DNA of 64,000 nt from Candidatus Daviesbacteria bacterium GW2011_GWA1_41_61 (GCA_000997385.1 LCBT01000003.1:128892-192891); one strand, 5' to 3'; counted from the first letter of the stretch, positions 17,060-26,772 are shown. A program made the numbers and translations. The notes: generated by a model from the sequence alone, not told the origin.

Positions 17060-17757
17060 AGACAATGATCAAATTTAAGCTTTGGCATGTTTTGACTCTG
17101 ATATTACTTATCACCGGTAATCTATCGCTTATTGCTCTCCCTGCCTTGGCTCAAACGGCAAGCTTGTCTTTATCTCCGGCTTCCGGAACATTTAACCAGG
17201 GATGTACTTTCTCGGTTGAGATTAAGGTTGACACCGGAGGGAATCAAACAGATGGAACTGACGCCATCCTTTTTTATGACCCAACCCGCTTTACCGCTAC
17301 CGATATCAGAAATGGTACTGTTTATCAAAGTTACCCCCAAAGTAATATTTTTGATAGTGAGGGGAAAATTGCCATTGCCGGAGTAGCCTCTGTCAGTTTG
17401 CCTTTTCAAGGGGTTGGGACTTTGGCGACGATTGACTTTAAAGTAACTGATACAGCTCCTACCGGAGTCAGCCAAATCAAGTTTGATTTTGATCCTAATG
17501 ATAAGGAAAAAACCAGTGATTCCAATATTGTTGACCGGGCGACGACCTCGGATATTTTAAGTAAAGTCAGTAGTGGCAGCTATACAGTGGGAACCGGAGC
17601 TTGTAGTAAGGCAGTCAAACCTGTAGGTGGAGTTACAGATACTGATAAAGTAGCGCCTACCCTACCTCAGTCCGGGGCTTTTGAAAACACTTTAGCTTTA
17701 GCAGTGGTGGGCAGCGTCTTGATTTTAATTGGCATATTGGGGCTGCTACTGCTTTAA
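17056..17757 (+). CDS. Cell-surface protein with cohesin-like domain, signal peptide and C-terminal LPQSG plus hydrophobic anchor
   Basis: ORF track. The signal peptide is MKTMIKFKLWHVLTLILLITGNLSLIALPALAQ. The cohesin-like core is ASGTFNQGCTFSVEIKVDTGGNQTDGTDAILFYDPTRFTATDIRNGTVYQS...GKIAIAGV...GVGTLATIDFKVTDTAPTGVSQIKFDFD. The C-terminus TLPQSGAFENTLALAVVGSVLILIGILGLLLL is an LPxTG-like motif plus a TM, but it lacks a basic tail. Its start overlaps the stop of the 16436 gene by 4 nt, which suggests an operon. Confidence 0.6.
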   Translation: MKTMIKFKLWHVLTLILLITGNLSLIALPALAQTASLSLSPASGTFNQGCTFSVEIKVDTGGNQTDGTDAILFYDPTRFTATDIRNGTVYQSYPQSNIFDSEGKIAIAGVASVSLPFQGVGTLATIDFKVTDTAPTGVSQIKFDFDPNDKEKTSDSNIVDRATTSDILSKVSSGSYTVGTGACSKAVKPVGGVTDTDKVAPTLPQSGAFENTLALAVVGSVLILIGILGLLLL

Positions 17758-17783
17758 AGTCCTGTTAGGTATAGTTTGTATCT

Positions 17784-18704
17784 ATGACTCTCTCAGCTTT
17801 GATCACTGATTTTTTAGAATATCTGGAACTGGAAAGAGGAGCCTCTCAAAAAACTATCCAAAACTATGATCATTATCTAAAAAGGTTTTTGGATTTTACC
17901 GGCGATATTGAGCCTTCTTTGATTGATTTAGGTTTGGTGAGAAAGTACCGTCTCTATCTTTCCCGTTTTAAAGATCCTTTAACCGGGGAGGTGTTAAAAA
18001 GGGTGACTCAAAACTATTTTATGATTGCTCTGCGGGCATTTTTGCGGTATTTAGCCCGTCATGATGTTAACAGTTTATCAGCAGAAAAAGTTGAGCTGGG
18101 AGAAGCTGAGGCATCACCTATTAAGGTCTTGGATGAGACTGATTTAAAGAGATTGCTTAAGGCTCCTGATGTTTTAGATAAATCAGGTTTGAGGGATAAA
18201 GCCTTACTGGAAACACTTTTTTCCACCGGCCTTCGGGTGTCGGAGCTGGCCTCTTTAAACAAAGATACCATTAATTTAGACAGGCAGGAGTTTCCGGTCA
18301 TTGGTAAGGGTTCCAAAGAAAGGATTGTTTTTCTATCAGATGAGGCGGTAAAATGGCTGGATCAGTATATCAAAAGCAGGAAAGACAACTTTAAGCCTTT
18401 ATTTATAAGACACCAGGGGAAAATAGATCCGGAAAATGATGGGGAGAAGATGAGGCTTACTCCCAGATCTGTTGAAAGGATAGTGGAAAAGTATGTCAAA
18501 GCAGCAGGTTTATCAGTGAAAGCTACGCCTCACACTTTAAGACACTCCTTTGCTACAGATTTGTTGATTAATGGAGCAGATATCAGGTCAGTTCAGGAAA
18601 TGTTGGGGCATTCTAATATCTCCACCACCCAAATCTATACTCATGTTACCAATAAGCATTTAAAAGATATACATAAATCTTTTCATTCGGGTAATCGAGA
18701 GTAG
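17784..18704 (+). CDS. Tyrosine site-specific recombinase of the XerC/XerD type
   Basis: ORF track. TPHTLRHSFATDLLINGADIRSVQEMLGHSNISTTQIYTHV holds the R-H-R-Y catalytic box, and the N-terminal core-binding domain is present. Confidence 0.9.
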   Translation: MTLSALITDFLEYLELERGASQKTIQNYDHYLKRFLDFTGDIEPSLIDLGLVRKYRLYLSRFKDPLTGEVLKRVTQNYFMIALRAFLRYLARHDVNSLSAEKVELGEAEASPIKVLDETDLKRLLKAPDVLDKSGLRDKALLETLFSTGLRVSELASLNKDTINLDRQEFPVIGKGSKERIVFLSDEAVKWLDQYIKSRKDNFKPLFIRHQGKIDPENDGEKMRLTPRSVERIVEKYVKAAGLSVKATPHTLRHSFATDLLINGADIRSVQEMLGHSNISTTQIYTHVTNKHLKDIHKSFHSGNRE

Positions 18705-18767
18705 AAGTAGTACTTATTATAAACGTCTAAAGCTTGCCTTTTTGCTACGCAAAAACGTAAACACCTA

Positions 18768-18809
18768 AAAGATGTCCATAAGAGTTTCCACTTAGGGAAT
18801 AAGGAATAG
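18768..18809 (+). pseudogene. Displaced, diverged copy of the last 13-18 codons plus stop of the xer recombinase gene
   Basis: Seen directly. 18664-18705 encodes KDIHKSFHSGNRE*, and 18768-18809 encodes KDVHKSFHLGNKE* in the same orientation. The upstream RKHLKD also matches NKHLKD. Differences are mostly synonymous: TCT/AGT, CAT/CAC, TTT/TTC, AAA/AAG, GGT/GGG. There is no start codon. Confidence 0.5.
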
Positions 18810-18863
18810 TATGGGATATGGATGAACGTCATCCTGGAGGGAGCGAAGCGACCGATAGGATCT

Positions 18864-19151
18864 TTAAATAATGGAATCGTATAAGTCTTTCCAGTAGGGA
18901 TTTTCTTTCTCTATTAACAGATTTTTCTTCCTCCTTACCAGATTTTTGAGTGATTTCTCTCTTGCAATGGCCAGTTTAATATCTTCATAGACTTCAAAAT
19001 AAACGAGTTTAGTTAAATTGTATTCTGCTGTAAAACCAGGAACAAGTTTTTGTTTATGTTCATACACTCTCCTTAGAAGGTTATTAGTGACTCCAATATA
19101 GATCGTAGTATTTGTGTAATTAGTCATTATGTAGACATAACTATTCCTCAT
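18864..19151 (-). CDS. GIY-YIG nuclease family protein (UPF0213/COG2827-like, 95 aa)
   Basis: ORF track. YVYIMTNYTNTTIYIGVTNNLLRRVYEHK ... YEDIKLAIAREKSLK shows the GIY...YIG...R...E...N core. Confidence 0.85.
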   Translation of the reverse strand: MRNSYVYIMTNYTNTTIYIGVTNNLLRRVYEHKQKLVPGFTAEYNLTKLVYFEVYEDIKLAIAREKSLKNLVRRKKNLLIEKENPYWKDLYDSII

Positions 19152-19165
19152 TTTTAGATTCTATC

Positions 19166-19182
19166 GCCCGCCCTCGGCGGGC
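19166..19182 (-). terminator. GC-rich hairpin GCCCGCC-ctc-GGCGGGC, 13 nt downstream of the nfo stop; a possible terminator or RNA-stability stem, though it lacks a U-tract
   Basis: Seen directly. It is the only 7-bp all-G/C stem in an AT-rich intergenic spacer between nfo and the GIY-YIG gene. Confidence 0.3.
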
Positions 19183-19194
19183 TCCAGAATGACG

Positions 19195-20031
19195 TTAATG
19201 GATTAAATTTTTTAATCTTAAGATGTTATTAGTATCAGGACCTGAGCCTTCTCCTGGAACTTCTAAAATAAAGGGAATATCTTTTAATATAGGATGGTTG
19301 ATGATATTTCTAAAGCCTTCCAGTCCAATAAATCCCTCTCCAATATTTTCATGCCTGTCTCTTTTGGAGTTAAACTCGGTTTTGGAATCATTAGCATGGA
19401 TAGCTATCAAATTTTTAAGCCCCACTTCCCTATCAAACTCCTGTAAAGTTTTATTCAAACCTTCTTGACTTTTAACATCTATACCTGAGGCAAAGGCATG
19501 TTGGGTATCCAAACAAACTTTTACCCGGGAATCATTTACTCGTCGTACAATCTCCCCTATCTCCCGAAAGCTGTCTCCTATTAGATTGCCTGCTCCGGCT
19601 GAGTTTTCCAAAATTAAATTAACTTGTCCACTACTCCCTAAAATCTCCTTGATAGCCTCAATAACCTGTTTTAGGGCTTTTTCTTCAGTACTATTTTTAA
19701 AAGAACCAAGATGGAAAATAGTTCCTTTCATTCCCAACTTTTCTGCCAACTTTTGGGAGTAGATTAACCAATCAATAGATTTTCTAACTAATTCCGGATT
19801 TGGCGAGGCTAAATTGATAAGGTAAACAGCATGGATAAAGTTAGGGCTTATTTTAGTACTCTCGGTTTTTCTTCGGTACTCCTCTATTATCTGATCAGAA
19901 TGGTTTACTTTTGCCCATTGTTGGGGAGGAGAGATAAAAATTTGGGTACACTGGGCCCCCAGCTCCCAAGCCCTGTCCAGGCTTAAACTAAGATTCCCGG
20001 CAGCCGAAACATGCGCTCCCACCTTAGGCAT
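19195..20031 (-). CDS. nfo: Endonuclease IV (AP endonuclease family 2)
   Basis: ORF track. MPKVGAHVSAAGNL...IHAVYLINLASPN...FHLGS...LILENSAGAGNLIGDSFREIGEI...VCLDTQHAFASG is the Nfo metal-binding pattern. Confidence 0.9.
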   Translation of the reverse strand: MPKVGAHVSAAGNLSLSLDRAWELGAQCTQIFISPPQQWAKVNHSDQIIEEYRRKTESTKISPNFIHAVYLINLASPNPELVRKSIDWLIYSQKLAEKLGMKGTIFHLGSFKNSTEEKALKQVIEAIKEILGSSGQVNLILENSAGAGNLIGDSFREIGEIVRRVNDSRVKVCLDTQHAFASGIDVKSQEGLNKTLQEFDREVGLKNLIAIHANDSKTEFNSKRDRHENIGEGFIGLEGFRNIINHPILKDIPFILEVPGEGSGPDTNNILRLKNLIH

Positions 20032-20049
20032 AATGGTAGTATATCATGG

Positions 20050-20277
20050 TTAATAGAGAATTTTGCCGGCGAAGCCGTAGGTTTGGAGATCAAAAATAAA
20101 GCCTGGAACTTGAATAGGCCAGGTAAAAACTACAGCATAAAACCCGGGGCTAAAAAAGGATAAAGGCGGCCAGTGGTAAAACAGAGCATAGAGGATAGAA
20201 AAAAGTATGCCAATAGTAAAATAAATAATAGCCAAGGAGGAGATTTTTTTATCCAGATTGAGGCTTCCTAGTTTCAT
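20050..20277 (-). CDS. Small hydrophobic membrane protein (75 aa), hypothetical
   Basis: ORF track. It has two hydrophobic segments and is wedged between gyrA and nfo. Confidence 0.35.
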   Translation of the reverse strand: MKLGSLNLDKKISSLAIIYFTIGILFSILYALFYHWPPLSFFSPGFYAVVFTWPIQVPGFIFDLQTYGFAGKILY

Positions 20278-20291
20278 AGTTACATTCTAAT

Positions 20292-23200
20292 CTATCCCTT
20301 CTCTTCCTGGTGGGAAACTATGGTGGCTGCTACCACTCTTTCCCCCTCCCTCATCCTCATCAGTATTACCCCCTGGGTTTGTCTTTGTAAAGTGGGGACA
20401 TCTTTAATATTAATTTTAATGAGCTGTCCTTTGTTGGAAGTTAAGACCAGAGTATCACCATCCTTATCCATAATTTGGGCTGTCACAATGGGCCCAGTTT
20501 TATTTGTTACCTGGGCAGCCTTTACTCCCATTCCTCCCCTGCCCTGTTTGTTCCAAGAAGAGATGAGAGTTTTTTTGCCTAAACCGTTGGCCATAACTAC
20601 CAGCAACTGATCTCCTTTAATGTCAGACACCTTGTTTAAGGAAACCACGCTGTCATCTTTGCTCAGTCTGACTCCCCTGACTCCGGAGGTATCGCGGTGG
20701 GTGGGACGGACATTCTTTTCGGTAAACCTGATTGATTGGCCTAGTTTAGAGACAATAATCAGCTCATTTTCTCCATTGGTTGGCACTACCCAACCCAAAG
20801 TATCTCCGCTGTCAAGATTGATAGAGATTAAGCCGTTTCTTCTAATAGAGGCATATTGGGAAGTTTCAGTCTTTTTAACATTTCCTTGCTTGGTACACAT
20901 AAAGAGGTATCTGGCAGTGTCTTTTTGCCGCAGTGTTAAAATGGCGGTAATCTTTTCTCCTTGATCAATATTAATCAGGTTCACCACAGCCTGGCCTTTG
21001 GCTATCCGGGAAGTTTCCGGGATCTCCCAAACTTTAAGTTGGAAAACCCGGCCTTTATCGGTAAAGAAAAGGATGTTGTCCAAAGTCATGGTATGAAAGA
21101 TATGGCTGACAGCATCCGCCTCTTTAGTAGTAATGCCGGAAACTCCTTTGCCTCCTCTGGCCTGAACCCTAAAGGTAGAAGGGGCTTGTCTTTTGATATA
21201 ACCGCCATCAGTAATAGTCACAATAGTGGGCTCATCAGCAATGAGATCTTCCTCAGAGAATTCCCCGACTTTGGATTTATAAACCCGGGTTTTTCTTTCA
21301 TCACCATACTTTTCTTTAATTTTTACAAGTTCATCTCTGATAACTTTTAAGATTTTTTCGGGATGGGCCAGCAAATCTTCCAAATAAGCGATGGTTTCCC
21401 GGACCATCTTCAGCTCTTCTTCTATTTTTAACCTTTCTAAAGCTGCCAGCCTTCTCAACTGCATGTCCAAAATAGCCTGAGCTTGAATGTCAGTCAACTT
21501 AAATTTGTTTATTAAATTGACTTTAGCCTCATCAGCATCTTTACTTTTTCGGATGGTGTCAATAATAGCATCAATATTGGAAATAGCGATCATCAGCCCT
21601 TCCAGGATATGTTCCCTGGTTTTTGCTTCTTCCAGTTCAAACTCGGAACGTCTTCTGACTACCATTTGCCGATGGTTGATAAACTCTTCTAGAATATGCT
21701 TTAAAGTTAAAAGATGAGGTACTCCGTCTACTAAAGCCACAGTATTAACGTTAAACACCGACTGCATGGCAGTGTGTTTGTAGAGGTTATTTAAAATTGA
21801 CTTCGGTTGGGCATCTCTTTTTAGTTCAATGACTACCCTCATGCCGTGGCGGTCTGATTCATCACGAAGATCAGCAATGCCTTCCACCTTTCTTTCTTTG
21901 TGCAGTTCAGCAATCCTGGCTACCAAGTTGGCTTTGTTGACTTGAAAGGGGAGTTCGGTAATAACAATATCAAATCTGCCTCCTTTGGTCTCTTCAATTT
22001 CAGCTTTAGCTCTCATGACAACCCTGCCTTTGCCGGTAGCATAGGCATTTAAGATCTCTTGAGAATCATAGATTGATCCACCTGTGGGGAAATCCGGGCC
22101 CTTGATAAACTTCATCAGGTCTTCAACATTAGCTTCACTGGTAAATTTAGGTTCTAATTTTCCATCTTCTGCCTGTTGCTCACCTCGCGGCAAAGCGGGC
22201 CTGCTGCCTGTTGCCTTCTGGGAATGATCAATCATATAAGATAGAGCATCAATCACTTCTCCTAAGTTATGGGGTGGAATTTGGGTAGCCATACCCACAG
22301 CAATACCGGAAGCTCCGTTGAGAAGTAAGTTAGGGATAATTGAAGGAAGCCAAACCGGTTCTTGGGTGGTACCGGAATAGTTGTCTACAAAATCAACTGT
22401 TTTTTTATGAATATCCCGGAGTAGCTCATCAGCAATAGCCGATAACCTGGCCTCGGTATTATGATTGATAAATCCATTGGCCACAAATGAATGACAATCA
22501 CTTTCAACTTTCAGAGAGTAAACATTCTCTAGGCCGTTTTCTTTAACCTGGCTTACTTTTTCAAACAGATAATCGTTTGTGATAAGGTATTCTAGGAATG
22601 GTTTTAAATTTTCTCCTGTTTTTTTAAGAAAGATTTCAGATACTTGGGGAGCTTGGACTTGTAAGTTACCATATCTGTCAAAATTATGTTTGACTAAAAA
22701 CTTTGAGTAACCTACTTGTTGTCTAACATAATCAGCCAAAAAAGGAACGTAGTCGAACAAAGAGTTATCTTTTTGGTAATTTAAAATGACAACTTCGAGC
22801 TTTTTATTTTTTAGCTCTCCAACAAAACCGATCTCTTTGTAGAACTTAAGAATATTTCTTTTTCCTCGTAAGTACAATTTATGGGTTTTTCTATATTTAT
22901 CGAATCGTTTAGTACTATCAATTCCAAAGCGAAGTAGAAGAATTTGCATAGTTTTAAGGAGTGTTTCGCTGACCGAGCAACAGCTTAATTCAATCATCTT
23001 CTGTGAAGATGAAATGGATCCATCGCCTTCAAAATAGCCCCTTAAAAAAGATGAAACAGTGTTTTTAGTAGAAAGTAAGATGGTGTGAGGAATCCTTTTA
23101 ATATTTGAACGCCCCACTGTCAGCCCGATGTTTTTTAGAAAATCTATAGTATATAAGTAATGGCATTCCAGACGAAAATAGTTTTTTTTGCCGTATGAGT

Positions 23201-24134
23201 TGGGTTGGCGGATAAACTGATGTAACACAGAATCAGGAAATGTTTTTTGCCAGGCATCAATAAATTTATTGATGTATTCCGGGTCAGCGTTACAAAATTC
23301 AATCTTATTTTCGGAAATACTACCTTCAGCAACTAAACTCCCTAAAATAAAACCTAGTTCTGGGGTGAATTTTTGGGGTAAAATGGTTTGTTTCGTCCGG
23401 TCAGTTCTTGGCCCAGGATAGTAGGAGGATAAATCAAGATCTGAAACAGGCCATAAGATATCCGTGGACCTATCTATAACAACAATGTCCTCAGTTCGTA
23501 TATCCTGAAGTAGTCTCCAAGACAACTTTGGTTTTTCAGTTGCATCTTTTATGAGAGTAAGTACTGGATGGTTATAGGAGCCTTGGAGCGTAAACCCTTT
23601 ATTGGTGGTTATTTTAATTGTGGGATGTTTACCTGAGTCAAACCATTTAGAGGCCTGACTAATTTTTTTATCCTTAGATAGGACCTGAATTTGGATATTC
23701 TCCTGAGAAGCAATCTTTTCAATAGGAACTAACCCTGCGTTTGTAATTACCAAGGTATCACCTGTCACGCAATACCTCATGGCAGCCGGAGAGTCACCGT
23801 CAACTGAACCAAAATTTCCCTGTCCGTCAATTAAGGTATATCTCATAGAGAAGTCTTGGGCCATTCTTACCATAGCCTCATAAACTGGAGCGTCACCGTG
23901 GGGGTGGTAGTTTTTTAAAACTTCTCCTACCACAGCAGCAGATTTTTGATAACGGCTAGTGTGGTGTAGCCCCTGCTGGGACATGGCATAAACAATCCTT
24001 CGCTGGACCGGTTTTAAACCGTCACGGACATCGGGTAAAGCTCGGGCTACAATAACCGACATGGCATAATCCAAATAGGACCGCTTCATCTCTTCTACAA
24101 TAGGTGTGGGTTCAATTTTGCCAATATTACTCAT
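20292..24134 (-). CDS. gyrA: DNA gyrase subunit A precursor (1280 aa) containing a 438-aa intein at the active-site Tyr (gyrA-a site)
   Basis: ORF track. The N-extein ends ...[12 protein letters not shown], the catalytic-Tyr motif AAMRYTE, which is interrupted by the intein. The C-extein resumes [16 protein letters not shown]. The extein sum is 842 aa, with the typical GyrA C-terminal beta-pinwheel. Confidence 0.95.
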   Translation of the reverse strand: MSNIGKIEPTPIVEEMKRSYLDYAMSVIVARALPDVRDGLKPVQRRIVYAMSQQGLHHTSRYQKSAAVVGEVLKNYHPHGDAPVYEAMVRMAQDFSMRYTLIDGQGNFGSVDGDSPAAMRYCVTGDTLVITNAGLVPIEKIASQENIQIQVLSKDKKISQASKWFDSGKHPTIKITTNKGFTLQGSYNHPVLTLIKDATEKPKLSWRLLQDIRTEDIVVIDRSTDILWPVSDLDLSSYYPGPRTDRTKQTILPQKFTPELGFILGSLVAEGSISENKIEFCNADPEYINKFIDAWQKTFPDSVLHQFIRQPNSYGKKNYFRLECHYLYTIDFLKNIGLTVGRSNIKRIPHTILLSTKNTVSSFLRGYFEGDGSISSSQKMIELSCCSVSETLLKTMQILLLRFGIDSTKRFDKYRKTHKLYLRGKRNILKFYKEIGFVGELKNKKLEVVILNYQKDNSLFDYVPFLADYVRQQVGYSKFLVKHNFDRYGNLQVQAPQVSEIFLKKTGENLKPFLEYLITNDYLFEKVSQVKENGLENVYSLKVESDCHSFVANGFINHNTEARLSAIADELLRDIHKKTVDFVDNYSGTTQEPVWLPSIIPNLLLNGASGIAVGMATQIPPHNLGEVIDALSYMIDHSQKATGSRPALPRGEQQAEDGKLEPKFTSEANVEDLMKFIKGPDFPTGGSIYDSQEILNAYATGKGRVVMRAKAEIEETKGGRFDIVITELPFQVNKANLVARIAELHKERKVEGIADLRDESDRHGMRVVIELKRDAQPKSILNNLYKHTAMQSVFNVNTVALVDGVPHLLTLKHILEEFINHRQMVVRRRSEFELEEAKTREHILEGLMIAISNIDAIIDTIRKSKDADEAKVNLINKFKLTDIQAQAILDMQLRRLAALERLKIEEELKMVRETIAYLEDLLAHPEKILKVIRDELVKIKEKYGDERKTRVYKSKVGEFSEEDLIADEPTIVTITDGGYIKRQAPSTFRVQARGGKGVSGITTKEADAVSHIFHTMTLDNILFFTDKGRVFQLKVWEIPETSRIAKGQAVVNLINIDQGEKITAILTLRQKDTARYLFMCTKQGNVKKTETSQYASIRRNGLISINLDSGDTLGWVVPTNGENELIIVSKLGQSIRFTEKNVRPTHRDTSGVRGVRLSKDDSVVSLNKVSDIKGDQLLVVMANGLGKKTLISSWNKQGRGGMGVKAAQVTNKTGPIVTAQIMDKDGDTLVLTSNKGQLIKINIKDVPTLQRQTQGVILMRMREGERVVAATIVSHQEEKG
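22458..23771 (-). mobile_element. Intein with LAGLIDADG (dodecapeptide) homing-endonuclease domain inserted in gyrA
   Basis: Coordinates were derived by codon counting: residues 122-559. Block A is CVTGDTLV. Block B is [10 protein letters not shown]. The two LAGLIDADG motifs are [14 protein letters not shown] and [12 protein letters not shown]. It ends ...VANGFINHN, followed by extein Thr. Confidence 0.85.
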
Positions 24135-24205
24135 GAGGTTTTAAACAAGAAAAACGCCCTGTTGGGCACAATTATTATGTCATTTTTAGGATAAAAAGGC
24201 AAGCT

Positions 24206-25339
24206 TTATACCACTTCTCTTCTGGTGGAGGAGGCCAGATGGACTAATAAGTCATAAGGAATGGTTTGGCAGGTTTGGGCTGCATTTTGAATAGAATTTG
24301 GATCTTTGGCTTGATCTGAAAAGATAACTACTTCTTGGTTAACTTGAGGATTTTTAACTTTACTTAAATCTATGGTGGTAATATTCATACTAACTCTGCC
24401 TACTATTGGACATTTTACACCCTCTACTAAGAAAGCTCCTTGGTTGGAAAGCCTTCTGTCTACTCCGTCGAAATAGCCAATTGGCAGCACTCCCAAGATC
24501 AACTCTTTTTTGGCAGTATAAGTCCCATCATAACCAATCTTATCCCCTTTCTTCAATTTTTTAATCTGAGCTATTTTGGTAGTTAATTTAAGAGCTGGTT
24601 TTAGATGAGAGCTTTCCTTATTTGGTGAGATACCATAAACAGATAAACCACATCTCGCCATGTTGGAAAACTTACTTAACTCCTTTCTAATTTGGGGGTT
24701 TAGCAGTCCGGCTGAGGCAGACAAATGAACCCATTTAGGATCAAAACCACTCTTCCTGATAATCTTTAAGGCTTGCTTAAAATTTTTGACCTGAGTTTGG
24801 TAAAGAGTGTCTTGAGTGTTGGAAGCTGAAGCTAGATGAGACATCACTCCTTCTACCTTTAAGTTGGGTAATTTTTTTAGCTCTTGTAAAAAGGCAGACA
24901 GTTCTTCTAAAGGGACTCCTAAACGGTGCATCCCGGTATCTATTTTGATATGGATTTTAGCATCCCATTGATAGTTATTTAAAACTTGGGCCATTTGTAA
25001 ATCATAAACAGCATAGGAAAATGGGAGCTTTTTGACTTTAAAATTATTAGGGTGGGTATAGCCCATGATCAAGATGGGTGTTTTAATATGGGCTTTTAAC
25101 AACTCATAAGCTTCATAGAGGCTGTCCACACAAAAAAAAGGAGCTCCAAGGGAATCTAAAACTTTAGCTGCTTCTGTTATCCCATGTCCATAAGCATTAC
25201 TTTTTAAAACCGGAGCCACTTTTAAATTTTGATCCAAAGAAGACAAATGGTGGTAATTATGGGTCAAGGCATCATGGGAGATTTGAATCAGATTAAGTGT
25301 TTGATATTGTCTTTTAAGGATGTTGAAAAGCTGAATCAT
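24206..25339 (-). CDS. alr: Alanine racemase
   Basis: ORF track. PVLKSNAYGHG is the PLP-Lys motif. The length and the C-terminal beta-domain fit. Confidence 0.85.
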   Translation of the reverse strand: MIQLFNILKRQYQTLNLIQISHDALTHNYHHLSSLDQNLKVAPVLKSNAYGHGITEAAKVLDSLGAPFFCVDSLYEAYELLKAHIKTPILIMGYTHPNNFKVKKLPFSYAVYDLQMAQVLNNYQWDAKIHIKIDTGMHRLGVPLEELSAFLQELKKLPNLKVEGVMSHLASASNTQDTLYQTQVKNFKQALKIIRKSGFDPKWVHLSASAGLLNPQIRKELSKFSNMARCGLSVYGISPNKESSHLKPALKLTTKIAQIKKLKKGDKIGYDGTYTAKKELILGVLPIGYFDGVDRRLSNQGAFLVEGVKCPIVGRVSMNITTIDLSKVKNPQVNQEVVIFSDQAKDPNSIQNAAQTCQTIPYDLLVHLASSTRREVV

Positions 25340-25356
25340 CTTACTATTAGCCCTGC

Positions 25357-26772
25357 CTAGGGGAATATTTTTTCTACTGCCTGGTTAAATTTCCTACCCC
25401 GGTCGAATTCATTTTGAAATAGATTAAATGAAGCTGCTCCGGGAGAAAAGAGAATTACATCTCCTTTCTGAACAATTTTTTTGATATCTTTTAGTAGTAT
25501 TTCTAAATTATTATAGACTTCTTGATTTTTATCAGAAGGGAAATCTTTTAAGATTTCATCAGTAGCTGTTCCTTCCAGAAAATAGACAGCTTTGGCATAT
25601 TTACTGACAGCTTCTGCCATTTTCTTGTAAGGCAAATTTTTATTCACTCCTCCGGCAATAAGAATGGAATTTGGTAAGCTTTGTAAAGCTTCAATAGTTG
25701 CTTGGGGATTGGTGGCAGCGGTGTCGTTGTAAATTTTTATCCCCTGGTGGTGATAAATTAGTTGCAATCTAAACTCCACTCCTTTGAAGTTTTCTAATAC
25801 TTTAATAGCTGTTTTTTGTTCTATACCTAAGGTTTGTGCTACTGCCAAAGCTGCTGCCATATTAGTCAAATTATGTTCACCAGGAAGCTTGGGAGTAAAA
25901 CCTTGAGGCAGATCATCTTTAGAAAAGTAAGTAATTTGTCCTCTCAAGCCATTGATAAAAGACGAGTTGTTGGTTACTTCATCCCCCTTTTTGAGGAACA
26001 AAAAATCTTCCTTGGTCTGGTATTTGCCAATGGCTTTCTTGGCTTCAATATAGTTTTCCATTGAGCCATGAAAATTAATATGATCAGGATAAATATTGGT
26101 AATAATTGCCCACCTGGGAGAAATTTGATGCTGATCAAAGGCTTCCAGCTGGGCTGAAGAAAGCTCTAAAACTACCAGGGTATCTTTTTTAACATAAGAA
26201 CTTGCTTCGCTCGCAGTAGAAGATATTTTACTGCTCGCTTGCAAAACCTTGCCTTTTGTCTTCGATAAAACGTGAGGAATGGTATCAAAAACGCTTTTCC
26301 CTATATTACCGGCAAAGACAATCTCCTTACCTCCAGCTTTGATGATTTCATAGATTAAAGAGGCGGTGGTGGACTTGCCTTTAGTACCAGTCACCCCAAT
26401 AATTTGCTGGGGGCTGACAAATTGCAGGAAAACACCTAAGTCCAGCTCCATATCTTTGCCCTTCTCCTTGGCATATTTGATGTACTCATTATCCGGCTTT
26501 AAGGCCGGGTTTTTGATGATTAAATCTGCCCAGTCAAGATCCTCAAAGCGATGCTCACCTAAAACATATTCAATATCAGGGAAATCTTTTAAGGCATTTA
26601 AGGAAACCTGAAGCTGTTCTTTACTTTTTAAGTCAGTGACGCGAACTTTAGCTCCGGCAGTAGCAAAAAACCTAGTGGCACCCAACCCTCCTTGATTGAT
26701 CCCCAGTCCTAAAATAAGTACTTTTTTATTGTGAAACAAAATATTTGCTTTATTTTGATAAGACTCGCTCAT
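25357..26772 (-). CDS. murD: UDP-N-acetylmuramoyl-L-alanine:D-glutamate ligase
   Basis: ORF track. VLILGLGINQGGLGATRFF is the N-terminal Rossmann domain, and IIGVTGTKGKSTTASLI is the P-loop. It lies immediately downstream of murC. Confidence 0.8.
   Translation of the reverse strand: MSESYQNKANILFHNKKVLILGLGINQGGLGATRFFATAGAKVRVTDLKSKEQLQVSLNALKDFPDIEYVLGEHRFEDLDWADLIIKNPALKPDNEYIKYAKEKGKDMELDLGVFLQFVSPQQIIGVTGTKGKSTTASLIYEIIKAGGKEIVFAGNIGKSVFDTIPHVLSKTKGKVLQASSKISSTASEASSYVKKDTLVVLELSSAQLEAFDQHQISPRWAIITNIYPDHINFHGSMENYIEAKKAIGKYQTKEDFLFLKKGDEVTNNSSFINGLRGQITYFSKDDLPQGFTPKLPGEHNLTNMAAALAVAQTLGIEQKTAIKVLENFKGVEFRLQLIYHHQGIKIYNDTAATNPQATIEALQSLPNSILIAGGVNKNLPYKKMAEAVSKYAKAVYFLEGTATDEILKDFPSDKNQEVYNNLEILLKDIKKIVQKGDVILFSPGAASFNLFQNEFDRGRKFNQAVEKIFP

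Noticed and set aside
17132-17475. Two overlapping ORFs (17132..17386 + and 17170..17475 -) inside the cohesin/LPQSG gene
   Set aside because: They are alternative-frame or antisense to a CDS with strong domain evidence.
18059-18316. An antisense 85-aa ORF in the xer gene
   Set aside because: It is embedded antisense.
19223-19468. An antisense 81-aa ORF in nfo
   Set aside because: It is embedded antisense.
20320-21717. Four plus-strand ORFs (20320..20610, 20620..20964, 20961..21350 and 21487..21717) antisense to gyrA
   Set aside because: All lie inside the gyrA C-terminal coding region on the opposite strand. Their hydrophobic, Ser-rich composition is typical of antisense frames.
23144-23332. 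A 62-aa alternative-frame ORF inside the intein region
   Set aside because: It is a same-strand alternative frame within a confident CDS.
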